DNA of 64,000 bases from Dehalococcoidia bacterium. GTDB lineage: Bacteria; Chloroflexota; Dehalococcoidia; Lucifugimonadales; UBA3495. Below, piece after piece: positions 48,086 through 56,904 of this stretch; positions within the stretch are counted from its first letter, which is position 1; every line of letters begins with the position of its first letter. The notes under the pieces were generated by a model. It saw only the letters and a program-made list of their open reading frames with translations, did no database searches and was not told where the DNA came from. The stretch lies in assembly GCA_965220625.1 (NCBI GenBank), contig CBDCQN010000002.1:136753-200752 (forward strand). The letters are read 5' to 3'. The position numbers were made by a program, and so were the translations under genes.

Positions 48086-49456
48086 TCAGCGGGCCCGGCG
48101 CTGCGGGGCGATCTCCGGGTACACTTCCGGCTCTATCGCCAGCGCTGCCTCCCTGACCTCGGCGGCCAGGAACAACGAACCGGTAGCCAATATCAAATCG
48201 TTGGGTCCGGCTGCGGCCGTGGCCAGCCGCAGCGCATCGCCCGGGGTGGCCGCCGCTTGGGCCGGGGCTCCCATCGCCGAGAACAGGTCCGCCAACTCCT
48301 CCGCTCCAACCGATCGCGGGTGCCTGGAATTGGTGGCGAATACTTCGGACGCCGAGGCCGCCAAGGGCGCCACCATGCCCTGGATATCCTTGTCCCGGGA
48401 CATTCCCGCCACCAAGAACAGCCGCTCGAACGGGAAATAATCGGGCAACGATGCCAGCAGGCTGGTAACAGAGTAAACGTTATGCGCCCCGTCCGCCACC
48501 ACGAAGGGGGTTTCGGCCAACACTTCCATACGGCAGGGCCATGAGACTTGGGCGAACCCTTCCCCCACAACCTCAGGATTCAATGCAATCCCCATTCGTT
48601 CGGAGAATGCTTCCAACGCGGCGACGGCGGCAGCCGCATTTTCGCATTGGTAGTCCCCCGGCAGGGGAATCATGAGATGGTAGGAACCACTTCGCCCGTG
48701 GACGGTGACGACCTGTCCCGACGGTCCCGTCTCGTGGCGTTCCCAGGTAACGTCTCGCCCCACCAAGACCGGGTCGGCGCCCATTTTGGCGCAGGCGGCC
48801 AGAATCGGCGTCAGCGCCTCCGGCGTCTGGGGCGAGACGACTACGGAAGCTCCGGGCTTGATGATGCCGGCTTTGTCCGCCGCGATCTCCGCGACAGTAT
48901 CGCCGAGGACCGCCATGTGGTCGAGGCTGATCGAGGTGATGACTGCCACCTGGGCCCGCACCACGTTGGTGGCGTCCAACCGGCCGCCCAAGCCGACCTC
49001 GATGGTCTGGACGTCCACCCGGTCGCGGCTGAAGCACCTGAAGGCCATGCCGGTAAGAAACTCGAACAGCGTAACCTGGCTGGACTCCCGGGCGGAGGAG
49101 GCGCCATCCCTCAGAGGCCAAAGGTCTTCAACCAGTCCGGCGAAAACCGCTTCGGTTACAGGGGTTGAATCGCGTTTGATGCGTTCCCGGAAGGTGTGGA
49201 GATGGGGGGAAGAGTAGAACCCGGTGCGCAGGCCGGCGGCCCTGAGAGTGGAATCGCAGAAGGCTGCCGTGCTGCCCTTCCCCTTGGTGCCGGCGATGTG
49301 AATGGCCGGGCAATCGAGGTGAGGGTTGCCCAACCGTTCCAAGAACCGGTCCATGCGCTCAAGGGTGTATATCGTTTTTTGGCGGGGCCCGTCGACCCGG
49401 TTGCGTTCCAGGTCGACCAGGGTCAGCAGATGGGCTATTGACTCGCGGTAGTCCAA
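48086..49456 (-). CDS. folC: bifunctional folylpolyglutamate synthase/dihydrofolate synthase
   Basis: IHIAGTKGKGST P-loop and Mur-ligase middle and C-terminal domains. The longest ORF (to 49516) overlaps the upstream gene by 44 nt. TTG at 49456 with AAGGTG 4 nt upstream is proposed instead. Confidence 0.85.
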   Translation of the reverse strand: MDYRESIAHLLTLVDLERNRVDGPRQKTIYTLERMDRFLERLGNPHLDCPAIHIAGTKGKGSTAAFCDSTLRAAGLRTGFYSSPHLHTFRERIKRDSTPVTEAVFAGLVEDLWPLRDGASSARESSQVTLFEFLTGMAFRCFSRDRVDVQTIEVGLGGRLDATNVVRAQVAVITSISLDHMAVLGDTVAEIAADKAGIIKPGASVVVSPQTPEALTPILAACAKMGADPVLVGRDVTWERHETGPSGQVVTVHGRSGSYHLMIPLPGDYQCENAAAAVAALEAFSERMGIALNPEVVGEGFAQVSWPCRMEVLAETPFVVADGAHNVYSVTSLLASLPDYFPFERLFLVAGMSRDKDIQGMVAPLAASASEVFATNSRHPRSVGAEELADLFSAMGAPAQAAATPGDALRLATAAAGPNDLILATGSLFLAAEVREAALAIEPEVYPEIAPQRRAR

Positions 49457-49472
49457 ATCGCACCTTGGGGGG

Positions 49473-50420
49473 TCATGGCACAGGCCGGCTGGGTGGGAAG
49501 CCCAGCACCATTCCAAGTCCGTCCATGAATCCTACAGAGTTCACGAAATCAATGTTACCGCGTAGCCCGCGGGGGGTAAACCCGAAGGCCCGTTCCACTC
49601 CGTCTGCCTCCGCCACGTTGCGAATCCCCAACATCCGAATCTGGTCGGTGGTGATTGGAGCTTTCGCCATCAGCGGCTGGAGTATAGCCGCGGCGGCGTA
49701 GGCCGGCGCTACGGGCAGATGCACTTTCTTTCTCCGTTTACCCATGGCCAACGCCACTTCGGTGAGGACTTCGTTGTAGCTGAGGCGTTGGGGTCCGCCC
49801 AAGGCCAGCACGCGTCCCTTCAGGTCTTGCCGGCCCACGGACATACCGATACATCGGGCAATGTCGTCGGCGGCCACCGGTTGCAGCCGGTTGCTGCCTG
49901 CTCCCAACACCGGGACCAGCGGGAACACTCGGATCAAGCCGGCCAAGGCCGTCAGGAATTCGTCGCCTTCTCCAAAGAGCAGCGACGGCCGGATGATGGT
50001 GTAAGGCAGCCCACTGTTGATTACTTCCCGCTCGCCCTGCCATTTAGAGAAAAGGAATGGGTAGGAACGGTCGCTGCCGACGCCGATGGCGCTGACATGC
50101 TGGAAGTCGCGGACTCCCGCGTCCCTGGCTGCGGCCACAACGTTGGCGGTACCCTGGCGGTTCACCAAGTCGAAGGTCAAACGGCGGGTAGGGCGAATGA
50201 TCGCCACCAAGTGCACCACAGCCTCCACGTTGTAGAAGGCGGCCGCCAAAGACTCGGGTTCCAAGACGTTCCCGTAATGTACTTCCACGACCCGGTGGTC
50301 GAACAGACGCTCCCGTCCCGGGACGTGAACCAAGCAACGGACGTCGTGCCTCCGACCGAGCAGTTCCTGGACCACCCTCCGACCGAGGAAGCCGGTGGCG
50401 CCGGTCACCAAAGTCAGCAA
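49473..50420 (-). CDS. NAD(P)H-binding atypical SDR (NmrA/NDUFA9-like)
   Basis: LVTGATGFLGRRVV N-terminus, 315 aa. TTG start with GGAGGAAGG SD. Confidence 0.85.
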   Translation of the reverse strand: MLTLVTGATGFLGRRVVQELLGRRHDVRCLVHVPGRERLFDHRVVEVHYGNVLEPESLAAAFYNVEAVVHLVAIIRPTRRLTFDLVNRQGTANVVAAARDAGVRDFQHVSAIGVGSDRSYPFLFSKWQGEREVINSGLPYTIIRPSLLFGEGDEFLTALAGLIRVFPLVPVLGAGSNRLQPVAADDIARCIGMSVGRQDLKGRVLALGGPQRLSYNEVLTEVALAMGKRRKKVHLPVAPAYAAAAILQPLMAKAPITTDQIRMLGIRNVAEADGVERAFGFTPRGLRGNIDFVNSVGFMDGLGMVLGFPPSRPVP

Positions 50421-50439
50421 ACTATCCTTCCTCCGCCCC

Positions 50440-50565
50440 TAATAAACTATCTCAAAACCGGCGATGAAAGTCGCATTTGTACCCAGCGGTGACATTTTCC
50501 CAGTCGCCACCCCCATCCTAACCTTCCCCCATCAAGGGGGAAGGGACTTTTGAGATAGTTTCTAA
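50440..50565. mobile_element. MITE-like element, copy C (full-length 120-nt form, TAA/TAA flanks)
   Basis: TAA|TAAACTATCTCAAAA...TTTTGAGATAGTTTC|TAA. Termini 14/15 complementary. Core 50507-50562 is identical to the reverse complement of 12794-12849. Confidence 0.8.
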
Positions 50566-50781
50566 CGGCGAACATCCGCATCAACAAGAGCGCCGTTAAG
50601 AGCACCGTTTAATTACGGCGGAAATGGCCCAACATTGTCAATACGATACGGCGGCCGGTCCGGTCAACCCGTTGGCCCGAACGCCAACCTGGGGTAATAT
50701 GCTATGGGGACACGTAGCAGGGCCCCGTGACTGGAACTTGGGGGGCGGCCGCCCGGCTGCTCCATAAACCATGAACTTGCG

Positions 50782-51720
50782 ATGAACGACAACGAATTGC
50801 GCTTCGGGGCGAATTTGGTGCTCGAGGTGGGTGAGACGGCCCGTCAGGCACGGCTGATGGAGAGCTTGGGTTACGATTATTTCTCGGCGGGCGAACACTT
50901 CATGCGTGGAGACCCGCCCGGCCCCACCCATGCTTCGTTGCCGGTGTTGGGGGTCGCCGCCGGCGCCACCGAGTCAATACGCCTCGTATCGTCCATCGTC
51001 CTTGCGCCGTTCTACCATCCCTTGGTACTGGCCCGGTCCACGGCGACACTGGACGCCGCATCCAACGGCAGGCTTATCCTCGGAGTGGGCATCGGTGGAG
51101 AATACCCGGTGGAGTTCGAAGCCGCAGGGCTCAAAGTGAACCAACGCGGCCGCCGGACCGACGAGTGCCTGGAAGTAATGAGGGGACTGTGGACCGGGGA
51201 ACGGATCACCTACTCGGGCCGCCACTTCAGCCTCGACGAAGCGATGATAAACCCGCCGCCGGTGCAGCGTCCGGGCCCGCCGGTGTGGGTATCGGGCCGG
51301 AGAGACGCCGCCATGAAGCGGGCGGCGCGGCTGGGCGACGGTTGGCTGCCCTACTTCTACGACCCCGGCCGGTACCGGGACAGCGTCGGAAAGGTCAAAG
51401 AATTTGCTGCCGCGGAAGGACGGAGCCTGGACGGGTTCCACTGGGCCTTCTTCCCATACATCAGCATCTACCCAACCGAGGAAGAAGCCGCTGAAGTCGC
51501 CGCCCGGCAACTGGGAGGAACCTATCTCTACGGCGGCGATTTCATCAATATCGTCAAGCGTTACTGTCTGTTGGGGACACCTCGGCAGTGCATTGACCGG
51601 CTGCAAGAATACATCGACGCAGGCGCGCGGCACGTAATCTTCAGCATAACCTGTCCCAAGGAAGACCGGGAGCGTCATCTGGAGGTAATTGCCAAGGAGA
51701 TAATTCCCAATCTCCGTTGA
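50782..51720 (+). CDS. LLM-class F420-dependent oxidoreductase-like protein
   Basis: RFG......G.......A...E.LGYD....GEH, RL.LGVG.GGEYP.EFEA.G......RG.R.DE.LEV.R.LW: luciferase-like monooxygenase family. Confidence 0.85.
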   Translation: MNDNELRFGANLVLEVGETARQARLMESLGYDYFSAGEHFMRGDPPGPTHASLPVLGVAAGATESIRLVSSIVLAPFYHPLVLARSTATLDAASNGRLILGVGIGGEYPVEFEAAGLKVNQRGRRTDECLEVMRGLWTGERITYSGRHFSLDEAMINPPPVQRPGPPVWVSGRRDAAMKRAARLGDGWLPYFYDPGRYRDSVGKVKEFAAAEGRSLDGFHWAFFPYISIYPTEEEAAEVAARQLGGTYLYGGDFINIVKRYCLLGTPRQCIDRLQEYIDAGARHVIFSITCPKEDRERHLEVIAKEIIPNLR

Positions 51721-51873
51721 GCCCGATTGGTCGGTCCCATGTTCGGATAGGAGAATTGCTCGTTGGCTGCGAGCTTAACTTTCGGGTCCCTAAAGAAGAT
51801 TCCGGGCGTTCCGGGGGCCGGAAACCGGACGAATATTCGAACGGGAGTCCTGCGGCCCAAAATCCGGTTATTG

Positions 51874-51897
51874 TTGACTGACAATGTCCTGTATAAT
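51874..51897 (+). promoter_or_regulatory. candidate promoter upstream of the radical SAM gene
   Basis: TTGACT (51874-51879) and TATAAT (51892-51897) in the only AT-rich patch of this spacer. The hexamers are only 12 nt apart, which is too short for a canonical sigma-70 promoter, so the -35 assignment is doubtful. Confidence 0.3.
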
Positions 51898-51927
51898 ATT
51901 TTGGTAAATTCAGTGGACTGTTATGCC

Positions 51928-51957
51928 GTTCCCCGGCGGCCGGGTTCGCCGGGGAAC
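51928..51957 (+). promoter_or_regulatory. perfect 11-bp stem-loop in the 5' leader of the radical SAM gene
   Basis: GTTCCCCGGCG-N8-CGCCGGGGAAC, followed by GCAGTGGATACCG, which resembles the GTGGATACCGG repeat module at 44881 and 45605. Confidence 0.45.
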
Positions 51958-52058
51958 GCAGTGGATACCGAAGATGGCCTTCCCCGGCTCTCCGGTTACA
52001 CCTCAAGGCTGAATGGAAGGTCTATAGCCGGCGAGAACAAACCGGCTGAGGAGCGAAA

Positions 52059-53852
52059 ATGTCGCGTATCAAACGGGTGATGCTGTTTCAACCAGCGTCT
52101 ACCGGTGGGAATTTCGAATACGTAGCCATCCCCAGGCAGGGCCTGCTGTTCCTTTCTGCCGCCCTTGCCCAGTGGGAGGGGCCCAATCTGTACGAGCGAG
52201 AAATCTGGTTCGAAGACCGGTCCGGCCTTATGGACCCTGACCGGGACTTGGACGGTATCGACATCCTGTTGGTGACGGCGCTGATCAACGAAGCCCCACG
52301 GGCCTACCAGATCGCCCGCCTGGCCAAAGAATATCATCCCGATATCGTGACCGTCGGCGGGGGCCCCCAGATGAGCCCTCTATCGCACGAGGCTTTCAAG
52401 TACGGGGATTTCGACGTGGTGGCGCAACGGGAAGGAGAGGACATCGTCGGCCAGTTGTGCGACGTTCTGTTGGAGCATCGCGGCGCTGACCGGAACCAGT
52501 ACCTGAGCAAAATCCCCGGCATCAGCTACCGGCAAGACGGTGGAATAGTCGAGACCCGGCGGGTGGGGCTGGTCAGCCCGGACTTCGTCGAATTGCCCGA
52601 CTACCACTCCATCAAGGACTTGACCCCGACCAACCCCATGGCTGGCGGGGTGATGGAGACCATACGGGGCTGCACCGAGAGTTGCACCTACTGCCAGGTC
52701 ATACAACAGTTTCTTGGCTACCGCCTGGTGTCCCGCGAGACTGAATTCAAGCGCTTGGCCCAACTACGGGAACTTGCCGCAGACGGGCTGATCCACACCT
52801 CCCGCAACGGCTCCTTCCAAGTGTTCGTGTCCGACGACCTTCACGCGCCGCCCCTTCGAGCTGTCAAGTTTCGTAACGAGCGATTTGCCCGGCTTCAAGG
52901 CTGGAAAGGCCCTACCGAAGGCATGAATCTGATAGTCCAGGCCCGGGCGGAAATCGGCCAAGACCCGGAATTGGCCGACGCCCTCCAAGAAGCGAACGTC
53001 AAGATGCTCTACCTGGGCGTTGAATCCGACAACGCCGAGAACCTGAAGGCCGTCAATAAGCGCCAGGAGCCTGGGCAGATGCACCGTGACCTGGTGAACC
53101 TCAACGAAATGGGGTTCACCGTGGTGGCCATGACCATCATCGGTCTGCCCTATGATACTGAAGACAGCATCATAGCCTTGGCCGATTGGGTGACCCAGGT
53201 GAGCAAATACCAAACGGCCAACTTCCTGACTCCGTTGCCGGCCACATCCAACTGGAACGGTCTGCAACCCCTGAACGAAGACGGCGGCTTTCTCGAGGAA
53301 GGAGAGATGCGCCCCTACCACCTGTACACGGGACGCCAGCTGGTGCACCACGACGAGCGGTGGTCGATGCAGGAGAGCCGCGAGGTGTTCGACCGCTATA
53401 CCGACCGGTTGAGCCCGGTGGACGACGTTTATCGGCGCATATTCCGCATCCTGCGGACCTACAAGCTGCGGTTGGCCGCCACCAGCCGGGACCTCAGCGA
53501 CACCATAGCCGCGCGGGTGAGCGACGCCGCGGAAACCCTGGACCGGTTGTCCGGTCCGGCATCCATCCCGGCGGCGGAGTTCGACGATAACCTGTCAACC
53601 AAGGTCAGCGAGCTGGTTGAAACCCTGAGGTCGGTGTCCCAACCATTGGCCAACGCCAGAAAGGACCTGGCGGACGGGATCGGCAACCGGCTGACCGAGT
53701 TGACCGAGTCGCTCAAGACGCTGACCGATTCCCGGGCCACCGCCAGCCGAGAGATGGCAGCCAGTATCTCGGTGCGAATCACCGAGATCACGGACCTGAT
53801 CGACAAGGCGGTGCCGGGCGGGCGCAAACGCACCGGCAACGTCACCGGTTAG
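52059..53852 (+). CDS. B12-binding-domain radical SAM protein with a C-terminal helical-repeat extension
   Basis: N-terminal Rossmann-like B12-binding-type domain (VMLFQP....). CX3CX2C at RGCTESCTYC. Radical SAM core to about aa 460. Then about 130 aa of repeated amphipathic helices. GAGGAG SD before the ATG. Confidence 0.85.
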   Translation: MSRIKRVMLFQPASTGGNFEYVAIPRQGLLFLSAALAQWEGPNLYEREIWFEDRSGLMDPDRDLDGIDILLVTALINEAPRAYQIARLAKEYHPDIVTVGGGPQMSPLSHEAFKYGDFDVVAQREGEDIVGQLCDVLLEHRGADRNQYLSKIPGISYRQDGGIVETRRVGLVSPDFVELPDYHSIKDLTPTNPMAGGVMETIRGCTESCTYCQVIQQFLGYRLVSRETEFKRLAQLRELAADGLIHTSRNGSFQVFVSDDLHAPPLRAVKFRNERFARLQGWKGPTEGMNLIVQARAEIGQDPELADALQEANVKMLYLGVESDNAENLKAVNKRQEPGQMHRDLVNLNEMGFTVVAMTIIGLPYDTEDSIIALADWVTQVSKYQTANFLTPLPATSNWNGLQPLNEDGGFLEEGEMRPYHLYTGRQLVHHDERWSMQESREVFDRYTDRLSPVDDVYRRIFRILRTYKLRLAATSRDLSDTIAARVSDAAETLDRLSGPASIPAAEFDDNLSTKVSELVETLRSVSQPLANARKDLADGIGNRLTELTESLKTLTDSRATASREMAASISVRITEITDLIDKAVPGGRKRTGNVTG

Positions 53853-53909
53853 GCAAACCGACTGAGCGGCGCGGCAAGCTTTCGGGAGAGTGCAGGTGTT
53901 GGGCAGTTT

Positions 53910-55163
53910 ATGACAGGGCAGCACCGGGTATTTATCACCGGCATCGGCATTATCAGTCCCTTGGGGCTGGATCTGGCCTCGACTTGGGACGGTATAACCA
54001 AAGGGCGGTCGGGCGTCGATTTCATCACGGCCTTTGATACCGAGAATTTCGACACGCGGTTTGCTGCCGAAGTCAAAGGGTTCGACCCCGAGGACTACCT
54101 GGAGCGAAAAGGGGCGCGGCGAATGGACCGGTTCGCTCAATTCGCGGCTGTGGCCGCCCAACAGGCGTGCCGGCAAGCCGACCTGGAACCGGGAAAGGGA
54201 GACCCCTTCAGGGTGGCGGTCATTATCGGCAGCGGCATCGGCGGCATAACAACCCTCTCCCAACAGTTCGAAGTCCTGAGCGACCGCGGCCCGCGCCGGG
54301 TGAGTCCATTCCTTATCCCAATGATGCTGGGGGACATGGCCTCGGCCCAAGTCTCCATGGTAACCGGGTCCATGGGGCCCAATTACTGCCTGGTTTCCTC
54401 TTGCTCCAGTGGGGCCGACGCACTCGGACAGGGCTGGGAAATCATTCGCCGCGGGCAGGAAGACATCGTACTGGCCGGAGGCAGTGAAGCACCGGTCGTC
54501 CCGGTCGCCGTAGCGGGCTTCAACGCATTGCGCGCGCTATCCCGGTTCAACGAGGACCCTCAGCGGGCCAGCCGTCCCTTCGACGTCCAGCGAGACGGTT
54601 TCGTTATCGGCGAAGGGGCCGCGGTGTTCGTCTTGGAAAGCGAAGAAAGCGCCCGGCGTAGAGATGCCGAACCCTTGGCCGAAATCCGAGGGTACGCCGC
54701 CACTTCGGACGCCCACCATCTCACCGAGCCTTCGATAACTGGCGAGAGCGCCGCGACCGCGATGACCTGGGCGCTGGAACGGGCCGGATTGGACGCCTCG
54801 GAGCTTGGCTACGTCAACGCCCACGGCACGTCCACACCCTTGAACGACCGGCACGAGACCAAGGCGATCAAAATAGCGTTGGGGGAAGACGCCTACCGGG
54901 TGCCCATCAGTTCCAGCAAGTCTATGACCGGTCACCTGCTGGGGTCGGGAGGGGCGTTGGAGGCGGCCATCTGCGTGATGGCCATGAAGGACGGCCTCGT
55001 TCCTCCAACCATCAACCTGAACGAACCAGACCCGGACTGTGACCTCGATTACACTCCGAACGAGGCCCGCAGCCAGGAAATCAATATCGCAATGAGCAAC
55101 TCCTTCGGATTCGGCGGCCACAACTCGGTGTTGATTTTCGCCAAACCCGGCCTCGACCTCTGA
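53910..55163 (+). CDS. beta-ketoacyl-[ACP] synthase II paralog
   Basis: RVFITGIGIISPLG, VSSCSSGA (active-site Cys), [26 protein letters not shown]. Also 417 aa, like the fabF at 46782. Confidence 0.9.
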   Translation: MTGQHRVFITGIGIISPLGLDLASTWDGITKGRSGVDFITAFDTENFDTRFAAEVKGFDPEDYLERKGARRMDRFAQFAAVAAQQACRQADLEPGKGDPFRVAVIIGSGIGGITTLSQQFEVLSDRGPRRVSPFLIPMMLGDMASAQVSMVTGSMGPNYCLVSSCSSGADALGQGWEIIRRGQEDIVLAGGSEAPVVPVAVAGFNALRALSRFNEDPQRASRPFDVQRDGFVIGEGAAVFVLESEESARRRDAEPLAEIRGYAATSDAHHLTEPSITGESAATAMTWALERAGLDASELGYVNAHGTSTPLNDRHETKAIKIALGEDAYRVPISSSKSMTGHLLGSGGALEAAICVMAMKDGLVPPTINLNEPDPDCDLDYTPNEARSQEINIAMSNSFGFGGHNSVLIFAKPGLDL

Positions 55164-55168
55164 TACCG

Positions 55169-56887
55169 GTGGACCCGGCAACGCCGGCCCCGCGATGGCG
55201 CTTCCCTCCTCAATCCGAACCTGAAATCACATTGCCCGGCGTCCCGCCGCCCGTGGCGCGTTTACTGGTCCGCCGGGGTTTCGACACTCCCCGGAAACTT
55301 CGGGCTTTCCTTGAGCCTCCGCATCGCCTTCCGTACGACGCCCTGCGGCTGCCCGGCATGACGGCCGCCATACGCCGCCTTTACCGGGCGGTGAACGAAG
55401 GAGAGCGGGTTGGCGTCTTCGGCGATTTCGATGTCGACGGGGTCACTGGGACGGCCATTATCGCCGAGGGCCTTTCGAGCCTCGGTGTAGCGGTCACTCC
55501 GTACCTGCCCCATCGTGTCGACGAAGGCCACGGGCTTTCCACGGACGCCATAGACCGGTTCGCGGCGGACGGCGTTAGCCTGATTATCACCGTCGACACC
55601 GGAGTCACCGCCTCGGCGGAGGTGGCCTACGCTGCCTCAAAGGGTGTGGACGCAATAATAACCGACCACCACCTGCCTCACGACCGTATGCCGGAAGCGG
55701 CCGCGATCATCAATCCGAAACTTCCCGGCAGCGCTTACCCCTTCTTCGAATTATGCGGCGCAGGGCTGGGCTTCAAACTGGTCCAGGGGTTGTTCCAGTT
55801 CTATGGCCAGCCGTGGGACCAGAGCCTGCTGGAGTTGGCCGCTCTCGGCACCATCGCCGACCTCGTGCCCATGCTGGACGAAAACCGGTACCTGGTCTCG
55901 GAAGGGGTCCGTCTCATGACCCAGACCCAACGCCCGGGACTGAGGGCCCTGTACGATGCCGCTCGCGTCCGCCCCGAAGAGATCGACGTGGAGACTCTTT
56001 CCTTCCAGATTGTGCCGCGCCTGAACTCCGCAGGCCGGATGGGACACCCGATGGACAGCTTCCGGCTGCTGACGACCCGTTCTGCCGACGAAGCCGTGGA
56101 CCTGGCCAGAAAACTGGATGAGTTGAACCTCGAGCGCCGCGAGGCCACGAGGCGCGCGTTTGACCTGGCCTGCCAGCGAGTGGAAGCGATGGAGCATTTG
56201 CCTGCGGTGCTGGTAGTGGCCGACGAAACGATTCCTCGCGGTGTGGCCGGCCTGGTTGCGGGGAGGTTGTGCGATCAGTTCCGGCGCCCTTCCGTGGTGC
56301 TGGCGGTGGAGGACGAGTATGCGGTGGCGTCCGGCCGCAGCATCCCCGAATTCAACATTGTCGATGCCATCGCGTCGGCTGAGGACCTGGTCCTGCGGTA
56401 TGGGGGGCACTCCCAAGCGGCCGGATTCACGCTGCATCGCCGTTCGATCGCGGAGATGGCCGCCCGGTTGGACGCCTATGCCGCTGAAACCCTGGAGGAA
56501 CCCGGCCCGGACACGACGGTGGACATCGACGCAGTGGTCAGCCTGGCCGAACTGGACCGCGACGCGCTGGAGTGGGTTTCCACCCTGGAACCCTACGGGC
56601 CCGGCAACCCTCGTCCGGTGTTCGCGTCATTGGGCGTGTCGGTCCGTGAGTCGCGTACGATGGGCTATTCCGACCAGCACGTGAGGTTCGTGGTCAAGCA
56701 GGACGGAACGGCCGCTACCGCCCTGGCCTTCAACCAAGGCCAATTCTGGGACCCCAACGTCCGGCTGCTGGACCTGATTTACACTCTGACCACCGACACC
56801 CGGCAGGGCAACAATGCCTTGGCCCTGAAGGTGTCCCACTTCCGGCCGGCCCAGGCCGTCGACGGGGTTGGCAGCGGGGTTGGCTGA
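55169..56887 (+). CDS. recJ: single-stranded-DNA-specific exonuclease RecJ
   Basis: DHH motifs GDFDVDGVTG, ITVDTG, ITDHH. DHHA1 GGH..AAG. C-terminal OB-like domain. Confidence 0.9.
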   Translation: MDPATPAPRWRFPPQSEPEITLPGVPPPVARLLVRRGFDTPRKLRAFLEPPHRLPYDALRLPGMTAAIRRLYRAVNEGERVGVFGDFDVDGVTGTAIIAEGLSSLGVAVTPYLPHRVDEGHGLSTDAIDRFAADGVSLIITVDTGVTASAEVAYAASKGVDAIITDHHLPHDRMPEAAAIINPKLPGSAYPFFELCGAGLGFKLVQGLFQFYGQPWDQSLLELAALGTIADLVPMLDENRYLVSEGVRLMTQTQRPGLRALYDAARVRPEEIDVETLSFQIVPRLNSAGRMGHPMDSFRLLTTRSADEAVDLARKLDELNLERREATRRAFDLACQRVEAMEHLPAVLVVADETIPRGVAGLVAGRLCDQFRRPSVVLAVEDEYAVASGRSIPEFNIVDAIASAEDLVLRYGGHSQAAGFTLHRRSIAEMAARLDAYAAETLEEPGPDTTVDIDAVVSLAELDRDALEWVSTLEPYGPGNPRPVFASLGVSVRESRTMGYSDQHVRFVVKQDGTAATALAFNQGQFWDPNVRLLDLIYTLTTDTRQGNNALALKVSHFRPAQAVDGVGSGVG

Positions 56888-56904
56888 CCGGCTTTTTGTC
56901 TTAA

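Noticed and set aside
51923-52012. 29-codon ORF (MPFPGGRVRRGTQWIPKMAFPGSPVTPQG) upstream of the radical SAM gene as a RiPP precursor
   Set aside because: It has no ribosome-binding site, and the sequence is dictated by the GC hairpin and the repeat-like DNA it overlaps. There are no Cys, Ser or Thr-rich core or leader features.
51900-52058. Cobalamin riboswitch upstream of the B12-type radical SAM gene
   Set aside because: CCACTG-like B12-box sequences occur only on the wrong (minus) strand (AUCCACUG, GUCCACUG). The conserved cobalamin-riboswitch core elements are not recognisable on the sense strand.
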